A stretch of DNA of 62,731 nt from an uncultured Acetobacteraceae bacterium (lineage in GTDB: Bacteria > Acidobacteriota > Terriglobia > Terriglobales > Acidobacteriaceae): the NCBI GenBank assembly GCA_964657465.1, contig CAZZVD010000002.1:1-62731 (forward strand), given 5' to 3'. Position numbers and translations under genes: made by a program. The notes beneath the pieces are model-generated. The model was not told the DNA's origin and ran no database searches. It saw nothing but the letters and a program-made list of their open reading frames with translations. Positions 37,471-47,294 of this stretch are shown in pieces (position 1 is the stretch's first letter; every line of letters starts with the position of its first letter).

Positions 37471-37518
37471 CATTTTCGACTCACGAGAGTCATTGTTCTA
37501 CAAGGATGGAGGAAGTCG

Positions 37519-37971
37519 ATGGAAGGTTTGCAGGTAAGAAAGACGGAGCCGTTGCACGTCGTGAGCTTTAAGCATAAAGGTCCATATCAAAATCTGCCCA
37601 AAGCGTATGAGCAGTTTGGTGGTTGGCTGGGACAGTCGAAAGCGCCAACGGCCGGATATTTTCGGGAGATTGGATACGACAACCCAATGATGACTCCGCC
37701 CGAAGAATGCAGGCAGGAGATATGCGTGCCTCTGGCCGGTCACGTAGTACCAGGAAATGGTGTGGAGGTAAAAACGTTACCCGTCGTCGAAGTAGTCTCG
37801 ATGGTGCACAAGGGAGGTCTCGATTTTGAATCGGTGGGGCCCACCTACCAGGCGATGATGAAGTGGTCTGCCGAACAACAACGGCCAACCACGTACTCCA
37901 TCATTACTTATTACACATCTCCAGATGAGAGAACCAACGCTGAAGTAGAAATCGCACTGGTTCTTGCGTAG
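37519..37971 (+). CDS. GyrI-like small-molecule-binding domain protein
   Basis: GGAGG RBS 6 nt upstream of ATG 37519. Pattern ...VVSFKHKGPYQNLPKAYEQF...YFREIGYDNP...EICVPL typical of GyrI-like/AraC-effector-binding domains. Confidence 0.65.
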   Translation: MEGLQVRKTEPLHVVSFKHKGPYQNLPKAYEQFGGWLGQSKAPTAGYFREIGYDNPMMTPPEECRQEICVPLAGHVVPGNGVEVKTLPVVEVVSMVHKGGLDFESVGPTYQAMMKWSAEQQRPTTYSIITYYTSPDERTNAEVEIALVLA

Positions 37972-37987
37972 TGGGTGCGGGCAGGAC

Positions 37988-39472
37988 ATGCGCGGTCATC
38001 GAGTCTGGAACTGGATTGTCTTGCTTATCGCTTTGGGCGGCTGCGTCAATGCCAGTTCACAGCGAGTCGCAGGTGTACAGAATGCACGAACGGTCTTACA
38101 GCAGGTAACGAACGAGCTCAACCCCACGCGTGAGAGTGCCGCCAACCTGGTACTGAATGAACGTCAGGGTGGGGTCACGGTCAGAAGCGTGGAATACCTG
38201 GCATGGTTTCAGGGGCAACAGCGACTTCTGCTGCAAACTGTTGCTCCTGCCCGATATCAAGGACGAAAAGTACTTCTTTGCGAAAATAGTCTTTTTATAA
38301 ACCTTCCTGAGGCACGCAGGCCCATCAAGCTGCCAATGGATGAACGTCTCAACAGCGATATCAGCTACGCCGATATGGCCTGGGCCAATTTCAGCAGGGA
38401 TTACCGTTTACAATCGGTCGACGGTTTCGTCTTCCTACTGGTTGCGAAGAATCCGGCCATACCGTTCAAAAGCGTTGAACTCAAGTTGAACGAAAAGACG
38501 CACCGGCCCGAAAGTGCGACCTTCATTGCGGTGTCTGGAATAAAGTTCCGTTGTAGCTATACCGCCTACCGAAGAGTTGTCGGTCAGGATCGGCCCACGA
38601 TACTAATCTTCGAAAGCAGTTCCCGGCCGGGCATGCTCGTTGATTTGACGTTTCAAGAATGGCACGAGGCAAATTTCTCACCGAAATACTTTGCACCGTC
38701 CGGGTTGAACAAATTTATGGCAACAACAACTCCAGCGCGCTTCGAAGTTGTCGCTGTGGTCAAGCCAATGGCAGACCGCAGCGCAGACGAGCCCATGCTA
38801 AGAGTGCCCGGCGCACAGTTCGCAATGGGCAGGGACAATGGCTTTGTGGATGAAAAGCCCAAACACAACGTCGAGGTGCGCACCTTTTGGCTGGATACAA
38901 CCGAGGTGACGGTGCGACAGTATTCCAGGTTCCTGCATGCGAATTCATCCCGCGCCAATGCACCCGATGCGCCCGGCGATTCTTTGCTTCCGCGAGATTA
39001 TTTCCAGAACTCAAACTACGGGAGCTTTCCAGTCGTCAACGTAAGCTGGTACGCCGCATCTGCCTACTGCCAATCGGTTGGAAAGCGTTTGCCCACTGAA
39101 GAGGAGTGGGAGTGGGCGGCGCAAGGCCCGACCCAACAAACCTATGCCTTCGGCAACACCTGGGATGAAGGCGCTGCCGGATACCTCGAACTGCACCAGA
39201 TCGCTCCGGCCTTACGAAAAGTAGGGAGTTTTTCCAGCAAACAAGGCCCGTTCGGAAACCTCGATTTAGCCGGAAGTGTCTGGGAGTGGGTCTCTGACCG
39301 GTACGGCCCGTATCCCGGCAATACCGACCCCGGTGTCTCCTGGTCTACCGATCGTGTGGTGCGGGGAGGGTCGTGGCTGGCCGGGCCTTCCTCACTGACA
39401 AGCTTTGCCAGGGACTATTCCGACCCGGCCTACGGTTTTGAATCGATTGGATTTCGATGTGCGCGAGACTAG
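37988..39472 (+). CDS. Lipoprotein fusing a LolA-like (lipoprotein-sorting-like) domain to an FGE-sulfatase (SUMF1-type) domain
   Basis: Lipobox-like LIALGGC. The N-terminal half has the LolA_like pattern (...LNSDISYADMAWANFSRDY...). The C-terminal half has FGE motifs (FPVVNVSWYAASAYC, GSVWEWVSD, RVVRGGSW, GFRCARD). Confidence 0.7.
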   Translation: MRGHRVWNWIVLLIALGGCVNASSQRVAGVQNARTVLQQVTNELNPTRESAANLVLNERQGGVTVRSVEYLAWFQGQQRLLLQTVAPARYQGRKVLLCENSLFINLPEARRPIKLPMDERLNSDISYADMAWANFSRDYRLQSVDGFVFLLVAKNPAIPFKSVELKLNEKTHRPESATFIAVSGIKFRCSYTAYRRVVGQDRPTILIFESSSRPGMLVDLTFQEWHEANFSPKYFAPSGLNKFMATTTPARFEVVAVVKPMADRSADEPMLRVPGAQFAMGRDNGFVDEKPKHNVEVRTFWLDTTEVTVRQYSRFLHANSSRANAPDAPGDSLLPRDYFQNSNYGSFPVVNVSWYAASAYCQSVGKRLPTEEEWEWAAQGPTQQTYAFGNTWDEGAAGYLELHQIAPALRKVGSFSSKQGPFGNLDLAGSVWEWVSDRYGPYPGNTDPGVSWSTDRVVRGGSWLAGPSSLTSFARDYSDPAYGFESIGFRCARD

Positions 39473-39473
39473 C

Positions 39474-40169
39474 ATGATGGATGCCGCAATGGAGACGACC
39501 ACGGTAAGCGAGTTTGCCCGATGGAACGACGAGATGTTCGTTCGCTACGGCAACGAACGTCTTTATTTTCATTCCAACAAGATCATTCGCCATATACAGC
39601 AGTGCAGGGTGCGTACGATAGCAAGCTATCTGCAACTCGCTCCAGCCGATCGCCTGCTCGATGCCGGCACCGGAGAAGGATATCTCTTTTCGAAGCTACC
39701 CCGGGTCGCCAAACAAGTCGGCATCGATATCTCGGAAAGGGCTCTTTGCATTGCTCGTGCGAAAGAATACGAGAACGTGACATTTCTCCAGGCAGATGCT
39801 TCCAGGCTACCGTTCCCGGATGCGTCATTCGACAAGATCATTTGTTCCGAAGTGATTGAACACGTGCTGGAACCGAAGAAGGTTCTTTACGAGTTGGAAC
39901 GCGTTCTGCATCCTGGCGGCCGGCTGGTTATCACCATTCCTTATGAACGTCATCTCAACATGGTGAAGGATGTGTTCCTTAGTTCCAGCCTGGGACGGCA
40001 CTACTTCAATAATCTGCCCAGGAGAACCGAGTGGCATCGCACATTTTATTCGCCCGCTTTACTGGAAGACCAACTGAAAGACCAATTCAAAATCACTAAG
40101 AAATCCTGGTTACCGAACCGGCTGCTTCCTCTAGGATTGGCGGTTTGTTGTGAAAGGCTCTCTTCATAA
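39474..40169 (+). CDS. Class I SAM-dependent methyltransferase
   Basis: Motif I LLDAGTGEGYL, and post-I/II blocks (FLQADASRLPFPDASFDKIICSEVIEHV). Confidence 0.8.
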   Translation: MMDAAMETTTVSEFARWNDEMFVRYGNERLYFHSNKIIRHIQQCRVRTIASYLQLAPADRLLDAGTGEGYLFSKLPRVAKQVGIDISERALCIARAKEYENVTFLQADASRLPFPDASFDKIICSEVIEHVLEPKKVLYELERVLHPGGRLVITIPYERHLNMVKDVFLSSSLGRHYFNNLPRRTEWHRTFYSPALLEDQLKDQFKITKKSWLPNRLLPLGLAVCCERLSS

Positions 40170-40171
40170 CA

Positions 40172-40921
40172 ATGACGATGCCAAACGACAGGGAGCTCTG
40201 TGTTCTTTTTCTCTGCTATAACGATGCGGCGACGATCGAGTGGTGTGTTCGGCGCACGTATGCCACTTTGCAGGACGCGGTGAGCCGTTTGACGGTGATT
40301 GTGGTTAACGACGCGAGCTGCGACGGCAGCCAGGAAATCCTGGAGCGGCTGCGCAACGAATGCGAGGGAGTGATCATCGTGACCCACGCGAAGAATCTTG
40401 GATACGGTGCGAGTCTTTACGATGGAATGAAACATGCCACGGGCGATTATCTTCTTTGCTCCGATGGTGACGGCCAATTTGACCCGATGGATGGTTTGAA
40501 GCTGCTCGCAGCCATGGATGATGCGACGGATGTAGTAAGCGGCGTCCGGCGGCCGCGTGCCGACTCTTCCTATCGACGCCTGACCGGGCGTTTGTGTAAC
40601 TATGCCGTACGCAGGGTCTTGGCCCCAGAGCTGGAGGATGTAGATTGCGGCTTCAAGCTCTTTCGCATTCGATCGCTGCAGAGTCTTCTGCCGGTACGCT
40701 GCAACATGGCAGTCTGGGTTGAGATCTCTTCTCACGCTCATATTCTGAGCTACGTATTGAAGAGCGTGACTATCCAGCATCGCCCTAGGACTTCGGGCAA
40801 ATCTGCAGCGTTCACGGGACGCAACATTTGTCTCCTCCTTCGGGAGATCAGCGGTCTTTTCGCTGGCAGGATGTTTGCAGTATGGGCCCCGTTTTCTATC
40901 AAAGAAGCATACTGGCGGTAG
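40172..40921 (+). CDS. GT2-family glycosyltransferase (polyprenyl-phosphate sugar synthase-like, ArnC/DPM1-like)
   Basis: LCYNDAATIE...VIVVNDASCDGS...CSDGDGQFDP (DxD) pattern. Confidence 0.8.
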   Translation: MTMPNDRELCVLFLCYNDAATIEWCVRRTYATLQDAVSRLTVIVVNDASCDGSQEILERLRNECEGVIIVTHAKNLGYGASLYDGMKHATGDYLLCSDGDGQFDPMDGLKLLAAMDDATDVVSGVRRPRADSSYRRLTGRLCNYAVRRVLAPELEDVDCGFKLFRIRSLQSLLPVRCNMAVWVEISSHAHILSYVLKSVTIQHRPRTSGKSAAFTGRNICLLLREISGLFAGRMFAVWAPFSIKEAYWR

Positions 40922-40952
40922 CTGTCTGCCGGCCCAAGACTGCAGGAAAAAA

Positions 40953-41969
40953 ATGAATGCCGTATCAGCTCAGACGATATCCCGGAACGTGGTTTTTGGC
41001 GGGCGAGGCTTTCTGGGGTCGGCGCTGGTTCGAGCCCTGATAAATGCGGGCGAGCGGGTGCTGGTGGTAGATAAGCCCTACCGTGCCGATTCTGGAGTCT
41101 TATCAAGCTATGGCGAACTGGTCGAATTCCTGCCAGCTTCAACGCCATCCGATCCAGCGGCACTTGGCGCTTTGCGACCCGATGACACGTTGTTTTACCT
41201 GTGGTCCGGCGGTGAACTCAATACCCGGGCTGAAGACCTAGGAACACTGTTACAAAAGATCCTGGAACCCGCAACCAAGGTCCTGGCGGCAGCCTCGCGC
41301 GCCGGTATACGACAGGTCGTGTTTGCATCATCGGGGGGTACGCTGTACGGCCCTTCCTCTTGTGGCAACCTTCGCGAAGACCAGCCGGTGCACGCGATCA
41401 ACACGTACGGTATGCTCAAAGTTGCCTTAGAGCAGATGCTGTCTGTGTTTCGCGCGCAATCCGGCTTGCCCTACACTGTGCTGCGTATAGCCAATGCATA
41501 TGGCCCGGGAGCTCAACACTCACCCAGACAAAACCTCATCGCCAACCTGTGCCGGTGCGCCTACCAGGGCGTTCCATTTACGATTTGGGGCGACGGTTCC
41601 ACGGTTCGCGATTATGTTTACGTGGACGATGTAGCCTATGCATTCCTGCTAACCAAAGCGGCAAGACCGGATTCCGCCGTGTTTAACATCGGCACGAGCC
41701 GTGGAACCAGTGTTCTTGAAATAACCAGACTCGTGGAAAGCGTAGCTGGTACCCGCATGGATCTGAGATTCGAAGCTGCGCGAAGGTGTGATGTTGCCAG
41801 CAGCGTACTCGACGCGAGTAAAGCGTGGCGGGAGCTCTGTTGGAAGGCGCGAATACCGCTCGAAACCGGTATCTTGCGTACATGGAGACGAACTGTATCG
41901 GTGGATGACCCACTTGCAGCAAATCGAGGTGAGCAATGGCTAAATATGGGAATAGGCACAAATCATTGA
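40953..41969 (+). CDS. NAD-dependent sugar epimerase/dehydratase
   Basis: GGRGFLGSAL Rossmann motif and the catalytic YGMLK (YxxxK). Confidence 0.8.
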   Translation: MNAVSAQTISRNVVFGGRGFLGSALVRALINAGERVLVVDKPYRADSGVLSSYGELVEFLPASTPSDPAALGALRPDDTLFYLWSGGELNTRAEDLGTLLQKILEPATKVLAAASRAGIRQVVFASSGGTLYGPSSCGNLREDQPVHAINTYGMLKVALEQMLSVFRAQSGLPYTVLRIANAYGPGAQHSPRQNLIANLCRCAYQGVPFTIWGDGSTVRDYVYVDDVAYAFLLTKAARPDSAVFNIGTSRGTSVLEITRLVESVAGTRMDLRFEAARRCDVASSVLDASKAWRELCWKARIPLETGILRTWRRTVSVDDPLAANRGEQWLNMGIGTNH

Positions 41970-42442
41970 GTGTGTTCGCTGCCGCTTGTCTTTTACCAGG
42001 ATGGGGAGTGGTTCAGGTCGCGGCGCAGGAGAAAGAAGAAGCTGCGGTGGTGTTGGATAACAAAGACGCCTCAAAATTTGCCCAGGCCCCGGGATTAATG
42101 CCCCCGTGCTTTCAGGGAGCGATGCAACGCATCATTCCGGCGACAGGGGGCGCCGTATTCCTGGTGAAGGCTGCGGAAAGCGGTTGCGATGTGCCCTGGC
42201 ACTGGCACTCCTCGGGGGAGCAGATCACAGTGGTCAGCGGAGAAGTACAGATTGCGATGCGGGGTGAGCGCGCGATCACACTCAAGGCGGGGGGCTACGC
42301 CTACATGCCGGCCCACCATATTCACTCCTTTCGTTGCGCTGGACCATGCCAACATTTCGTGCAAAGCGATGGTCTATATGACATTCACTTCGTCAACGGC
42401 CAAGACACCGAAATCAGCATGGCTGAGGCGCTTAAAAGATAA
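41936..42442 (+). CDS. Secreted cupin-domain protein (second copy of the type at 20279-20752)
   Basis: Signal peptide. Cupin motifs WHWHSSGEQITVVSG ... GGYAYMPAHHIHSF. Confidence 0.7.
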   Translation: MAKYGNRHKSLSVFAAACLLPGWGVVQVAAQEKEEAAVVLDNKDASKFAQAPGLMPPCFQGAMQRIIPATGGAVFLVKAAESGCDVPWHWHSSGEQITVVSGEVQIAMRGERAITLKAGGYAYMPAHHIHSFRCAGPCQHFVQSDGLYDIHFVNGQDTEISMAEALKR

Positions 42443-42447
42443 GCGCC

Positions 42448-42885
42448 TCAGCTCACCAGCAATCGGTCTTCACGATAAATAGCAGCTGCTATGCCTGCTC
42501 CAGCAAAAGAGGATATAAGTCCGGCGATACACCCCCACAAGAGTAAGTCGTGCGGGATGTCACCCAGGGCGACTTGTTCAACGGCATTGAGAACCCATCC
42601 CAGGACCCACAAAGTGAGCGCTGTATAAAGAACCGCCTGTAGTTTGTGCGGGAATCTCCGCAGCAGCGCTGCATAGAGCCAGACAGCCGCCAATCCCCAT
42701 GCAAGTGCGACCACAGCCCACAGTCCCCGAGCTGCGTTCTGCGCCGGCGGTTTATCCAGGGGTCCTAATGCAGCAGCCCAGGCTGACCACCGCGCACCCA
42801 GAAAGATTCCATTTACTGCCGTCTCGACAATATTGATGACAACGCCGGCAACCAGGCCGCCAATAAGAATCCGCTTCAGGTTCAT
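42448..42885 (-). CDS. Small integral membrane protein, hypothetical
   Basis: Four hydrophobic segments. Last gene of the minus-strand ABC operon. Confidence 0.55.
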   Translation of the reverse strand: MNLKRILIGGLVAGVVINIVETAVNGIFLGARWSAWAAALGPLDKPPAQNAARGLWAVVALAWGLAAVWLYAALLRRFPHKLQAVLYTALTLWVLGWVLNAVEQVALGDIPHDLLLWGCIAGLISSFAGAGIAAAIYREDRLLVS

Positions 42886-42906
42886 TCCATCTCCTCATTC
42901 GGGGCT

Positions 42907-43587
42907 TTAAACGATCGATGTGACAGGCACAAGCGAAGCTTTCTCCAGATGCCGAATTTCATCTGCATACGATGCAGCTTCAGGGTCGTGCGTAACCATA
43001 ATCACCGTTTTGTTGTGATACTCGTTGAGCTTCTGGAAGATTTCAAGAATTTGCGATGCGGATGCGCGATCCAGATCGCCCGTGGGCTCGTCCGCAAGAA
43101 GGATGGCCGGGTCGGTTGCTATCGCTCTGGCGATAGCAACGCGTTGTTCCTGGCCTCCAGAGAGTTGTTTGGGAAGATGACCTGCGCGATCTACTACACC
43201 GACAAGTTCGAGCGCGTTGATTACATGGTCGCGACGGGTTTTCTTGTTTAGTCCGGTCAATAACAGCGGCAGTTCAACGTTCTCGAAGGCCGTGAGGACC
43301 GGGATGAGGTTGAACGTTTGAAACACATAGCCGATGTTACGATTTCTCCATTGAGAGGCACGGCCATCGTTCAAAGCGCTGATATCTTCACCCTCGACGC
43401 GGACTACTCCGCTGCTCGGACGATCGATGCACGCAATCAGATTCAGCAGGGTAGTCTTACCCGATCCCGAGGGCCCCATGAGCGCGAGGAATTCGCCGTT
43501 AGAAATATCGAGGTCAACGCAGTCTAATGCGAGTACGTCGAAGCTATCGCGGCGGAAGATCTTGGTTACTTTGTCCAGGTTGATCAT
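42907..43587 (-). CDS. ABC transporter ATP-binding protein (MacB/LolD type)
   Basis: Walker [10 protein letters not shown], signature LSGGQEQR, Walker [12 protein letters not shown]. Confidence 0.9.
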   Translation of the reverse strand: MINLDKVTKIFRRDSFDVLALDCVDLDISNGEFLALMGPSGSGKTTLLNLIACIDRPSSGVVRVEGEDISALNDGRASQWRNRNIGYVFQTFNLIPVLTAFENVELPLLLTGLNKKTRRDHVINALELVGVVDRAGHLPKQLSGGQEQRVAIARAIATDPAILLADEPTGDLDRASASQILEIFQKLNEYHNKTVIMVTHDPEAASYADEIRHLEKASLVPVTSIV

Positions 43588-43608
43588 ACAATCGGGCTCC
43601 GGCGATAC

Positions 43609-44976
43609 TTAATGATGCGTTTTTGTTGCTGGCCCGTTCACTACGTGAACTGCGTTGCCGTTTTCGAGGTTCGGATCGGGGTTCATCACTGCCTCTTCGC
43701 CGGCATCCACGCCATCTAGTATCCATCCGTCGGCTCGCTTCTTTTTAAGATTTACCGTCCTCTGCTTTACCCGCCCGTCCTCCACCACAAAAGCAACGTC
43801 ACGACCTTCGCGGCTCACAAGGGCCCTGGCAGGAAGAAAGGACCGTTGGCGTACGACGCCGGCCGGCGCCCCGGCGGAGCCAACAAAATCCACTGTTGCA
43901 TTCATCTCCGGCCGCAGAAAGGCGTCGGGCTGGCGGATTTTAATGCGCACGTTGACAGTGCCTTTTTGACGGTCACCCTCGGGTGAGACCTCACGGATAA
44001 CTCCCTGATATTTACGATCCGGGTAGGCATCGGTATAAATAACGCAGTTCGGTTTGGACTGAATCACCGCAAGTTCTTCCTGGCCAATATCAGCGTCGAC
44101 TTGCAGATCGTTGAGATCGGCGAGAACGACGACCGACCCGCGTGGGCCGCCGGTATCGAGACCGCTGGCGAACTCCGCCGTAATCAATTCTCCGCGTTCG
44201 GCGGTTCGCTCCAGGATGGTTCCTGCCGTGGGTGCTTTGATCACGGTTGCAGCCAGCTGAGCTCTTGCAAAAGCCAGGCGGCCTTCGGCCGCGAGTTCCG
44301 TACCTCGTGCACGTTCAATCTCTTCGCGGCGGGAGCCGAGTTTGGCCAGCGTGTAGGTCTCTTCGAGCGAGCGGACGTGATGGGAGGAACTGCTTGCCTG
44401 GGCTTCCGCCTCTTCCAGCTGTTGCCTGGAGGCGATGTTGGCGTCAAAAAGGGCCTTGGCCCGGGCGAGGGTTTTTTGGTCGTTCTCGGCGACCGCCCGT
44501 GCTTGTTCCAGATCCTGCTGGGCGCGGTTGATTTCCTGGGAGCGCAGGCCGTTCTTGGTTTGCAGCATCGTGGCTTTTTCGCTCACCAATTCACCTTCAG
44601 CTTGCTGCACCTGGGCCCGGAACTCGTCGTCTTCGAGCCGGACAAGAACCTGGCCTTTACTGACGTTGTCGCCCTTTTCTACGCCGATCCACGCGACTCG
44701 TCCGGTGACCTTGGAGTTCACGTCGATGCGGTGATGGGGAACGATGTAGCCGGAAGCCGAAAGGATGGTGCCGTGATCAGGCGGGTTTTCTGGCTCCGCG
44801 CGGACAACGGTGACCGCCGCCCCCCGGCTGGCAATGCGGGTTGTCACAGCAACGATTGCTATCAATACGGAGATGACGAGCGCGATGACTACGCCGAGGC
44901 GGCGCCTTGCTCGCCGGCCCGTCTCCGGCGAGCGATGGAGCCGTAAATCGTTGAGCGCATCAGTCCTAATCGCCAC
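43609..44976 (-). CDS. Periplasmic adaptor (HlyD/MacA membrane-fusion protein)
   Basis: N-terminal TM anchor, a long coiled-coil (AQVQQAEGEL...QQLEEAEAQA), and barrel-sandwich motifs. Confidence 0.85.
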   Translation of the reverse strand: MAIRTDALNDLRLHRSPETGRRARRRLGVVIALVISVLIAIVAVTTRIASRGAAVTVVRAEPENPPDHGTILSASGYIVPHHRIDVNSKVTGRVAWIGVEKGDNVSKGQVLVRLEDDEFRAQVQQAEGELVSEKATMLQTKNGLRSQEINRAQQDLEQARAVAENDQKTLARAKALFDANIASRQQLEEAEAQASSSSHHVRSLEETYTLAKLGSRREEIERARGTELAAEGRLAFARAQLAATVIKAPTAGTILERTAERGELITAEFASGLDTGGPRGSVVVLADLNDLQVDADIGQEELAVIQSKPNCVIYTDAYPDRKYQGVIREVSPEGDRQKGTVNVRIKIRQPDAFLRPEMNATVDFVGSAGAPAGVVRQRSFLPARALVSREGRDVAFVVEDGRVKQRTVNLKKKRADGWILDGVDAGEEAVMNPDPNLENGNAVHVVNGPATKTHH

Positions 44977-44993
44977 ATTGCCTCACAGCATGC

Positions 44994-46154
44994 CTACCTG
45001 CGAATTGCCACTTTGATGTCGCCGGTGGAGGCTACGAACGCGGGGAACAAGCCTCCACACAGCCCGAGCAGGATGGCGAGCGACAGCCCGCATGCAAAAA
45101 CCGTTGGGCTGAAGCGCAACGTGAAGACAAGCTCACTGAAAGTAAATCCGTTGAATGTTCCGGTCGTGAGGTCCCAAAAAGGTGTGGTTTCCAGCACGCC
45201 CAGAACTGCGCCAACCAGTGCTATGGCCAGCGACTCAGTGAGGTATGCCGTCAAAATATCGCTCCGGCTAAAACCCAGAACCCTCAAGGTCGCAGTATCG
45301 GTTGTGCGGCTTGCAACAGTAGTGAGCATTGTATTCAAAATTGCAAAATAGCAGCCCAACGCCAGGATCGCCGCCGTAATGGCGGCTGCCAGTTCGACCG
45401 TGCTGCCTACACTTCTTTGCGCCCGATAGTAATCTGCCTCAGCCACTGCGTGCAGGTGCAGCCTGTTATCTGCCCTTAGGCGTTCCACGAGGTTCGCTTT
45501 ATCTTTGGGATCGTTCACTTTCAGTAGAAACGATGAGAACAGCGGGCGACCGAGGGCGTTGGCCACCATCTCCTGGCTCGACAACAGTTCCGATTCTTGA
45601 GCGGTGTTGGTTTCGCTGAAGACCCCCACGACGTTCCAGTCGCCTTTGCCAAAGTGGATGGAATCGCCTTCGTTCGTCCCGGAAAAGCGCCGCTGGATCG
45701 ACTCGCTGACCACAAGTTCCCGCACGCCCGGGTTAAACCATCGGCCGCTCACCAGCTTCAAATCCGGCCGAAGGTCGAAGCTGGCGGGTTGAATTCCTCG
45801 AACAGTGACATTGACGTCGCCTGTCCCGTCTTTTCGGGGAAGCAAAACGATGCTAATCGTTTCTCCGGCGAGTACGGGTTCCCCGTTCCGATCGCGTGCT
45901 ATGCCTGGCATATTCTTCACAATCGCCAAAGTCGATCGCGGAAGCATGCTCATGTATTCCGATTCTGAACCTGTGCGTGTGGCAATAACATTTGCCGGTT
46001 GGCCAGTGTGTGCAAAAATATCTCGGATGCTGGTGTACACGGCCAGCACGAGAAGAGTAACCGCCACGCTAAGGCTGATGGCGCAGCAGGTGGCTGCGGT
46101 GGCACTGCGTCTCAGCCACAGACTTTTGATGTTGTAGATCAGGGGAACTGCCAT
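44994..46154 (-). CDS. ABC transporter permease, FtsX/MacB type
   Basis: MacB periplasmic domain followed by an FtsX domain (LRVLGFSRSDILTAYL). Confidence 0.85.
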   Translation of the reverse strand: MAVPLIYNIKSLWLRRSATAATCCAISLSVAVTLLVLAVYTSIRDIFAHTGQPANVIATRTGSESEYMSMLPRSTLAIVKNMPGIARDRNGEPVLAGETISIVLLPRKDGTGDVNVTVRGIQPASFDLRPDLKLVSGRWFNPGVRELVVSESIQRRFSGTNEGDSIHFGKGDWNVVGVFSETNTAQESELLSSQEMVANALGRPLFSSFLLKVNDPKDKANLVERLRADNRLHLHAVAEADYYRAQRSVGSTVELAAAITAAILALGCYFAILNTMLTTVASRTTDTATLRVLGFSRSDILTAYLTESLAIALVGAVLGVLETTPFWDLTTGTFNGFTFSELVFTLRFSPTVFACGLSLAILLGLCGGLFPAFVASTGDIKVAIRR

Positions 46155-46424
46155 CGCACTTCCATGAGCGCTTCGCGCAAAAGACTAGCAGATCGGGGAC
46201 TGGCTACGTCGAAACCTTTCGCAAATGAATTATAGGTCGGTGTCTTCCCGCGCCAGGTGTCCTAAAGTACAGCTTGGCAGACGGTTTATGATCACTCCAG
46301 TTGGCGACACGTATCGTTTCCTCGATCGTGCACTTCGTTTCCTGGGCCCAGGCATCCATCTTCTTTCAAAGAACAGTGAACGAGCGCTTTTCGGGCGTCC
46401 GTACGCTGGCGAGAGGAAGTTCCA

Positions 46425-47294
46425 ATGTTCATTCTTAGAGCTCGTACGGCCCGCTCAATGGGCGCGCTATGCGTTTCGATGTTGATCATTCTGGCCGGCT
46501 GTAAGCAGCGATCGAGCGAGAGCCCTGCGATTCGGATTAGCATGATCCCGACCACGGACCCTGGCAAGCTCCTGCGGGCGAGTGCACCGGTCAAGCAATA
46601 TTGGCAAAACGCATTGCATCGCGACGTAGATCTAACAGTTCCCACGAATTATGCGGCCGTCGTGGAGGCGTTGGTCCATGGCCAGGTGGATATTGCCTAT
46701 CTGGGTGGCTTCACGTATTTGCAGGCATCGTCCCGAGCGAGCGTGGTTCCTCTCGTCCAGCGTGACGTGGATCAAAAATTTCATTCAGTGTTCATCACAC
46801 GTCCTGATTCCGGCATTCATTCTCTTCAGGATTTGAAGGGCCATACATTCGCTTTCGGAGATATCAATTCGACCTCCGGCCACCTCATGCCTTCATACTT
46901 CATGAGCAAGGGGGCAGTGGATCCTTCCGTGATTGAGAAGGCGATATACTCAGGCGGTCATGATGCAACTGCCCTTTCGGTCGAAAACGGAAAAGTCGAC
47001 GCCGGCGCAATGGACGAGTTGGTTTATAAGAAAATGATCGACACGGCGAAGCTCTCGCCGGCAAAGGTTGTTGTTTTCTATCGAACGCCTGAGTTTTTTG
47101 ACTATGTCTGGGTTTGCCGCAAGGATCTTGATCCTGCTGTAGCGGCTGCATTCGCTCAAGCGATGCTGGATCTCGACACAGCGAAAGATGCGGAGGCTCT
47201 CAAAGTGCTCAATGCCGGGCACTACGTGAAAGCTGCTGATGCTTCGTATGAACCGTTGCGCGAAGCCGCGAAGGCGGACGGGCTATTGCATTGA
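46425..47294 (+). CDS. phnD: Phosphonate/phosphite ABC transporter substrate-binding lipoprotein
   Basis: Lipobox LAGC. PhnD family pattern (VDIAYLGGFTYLQA..., GDINSTSGHLMP). Confidence 0.8.
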   Translation: MFILRARTARSMGALCVSMLIILAGCKQRSSESPAIRISMIPTTDPGKLLRASAPVKQYWQNALHRDVDLTVPTNYAAVVEALVHGQVDIAYLGGFTYLQASSRASVVPLVQRDVDQKFHSVFITRPDSGIHSLQDLKGHTFAFGDINSTSGHLMPSYFMSKGAVDPSVIEKAIYSGGHDATALSVENGKVDAGAMDELVYKKMIDTAKLSPAKVVVFYRTPEFFDYVWVCRKDLDPAVAAAFAQAMLDLDTAKDAEALKVLNAGHYVKAADASYEPLREAAKADGLLH

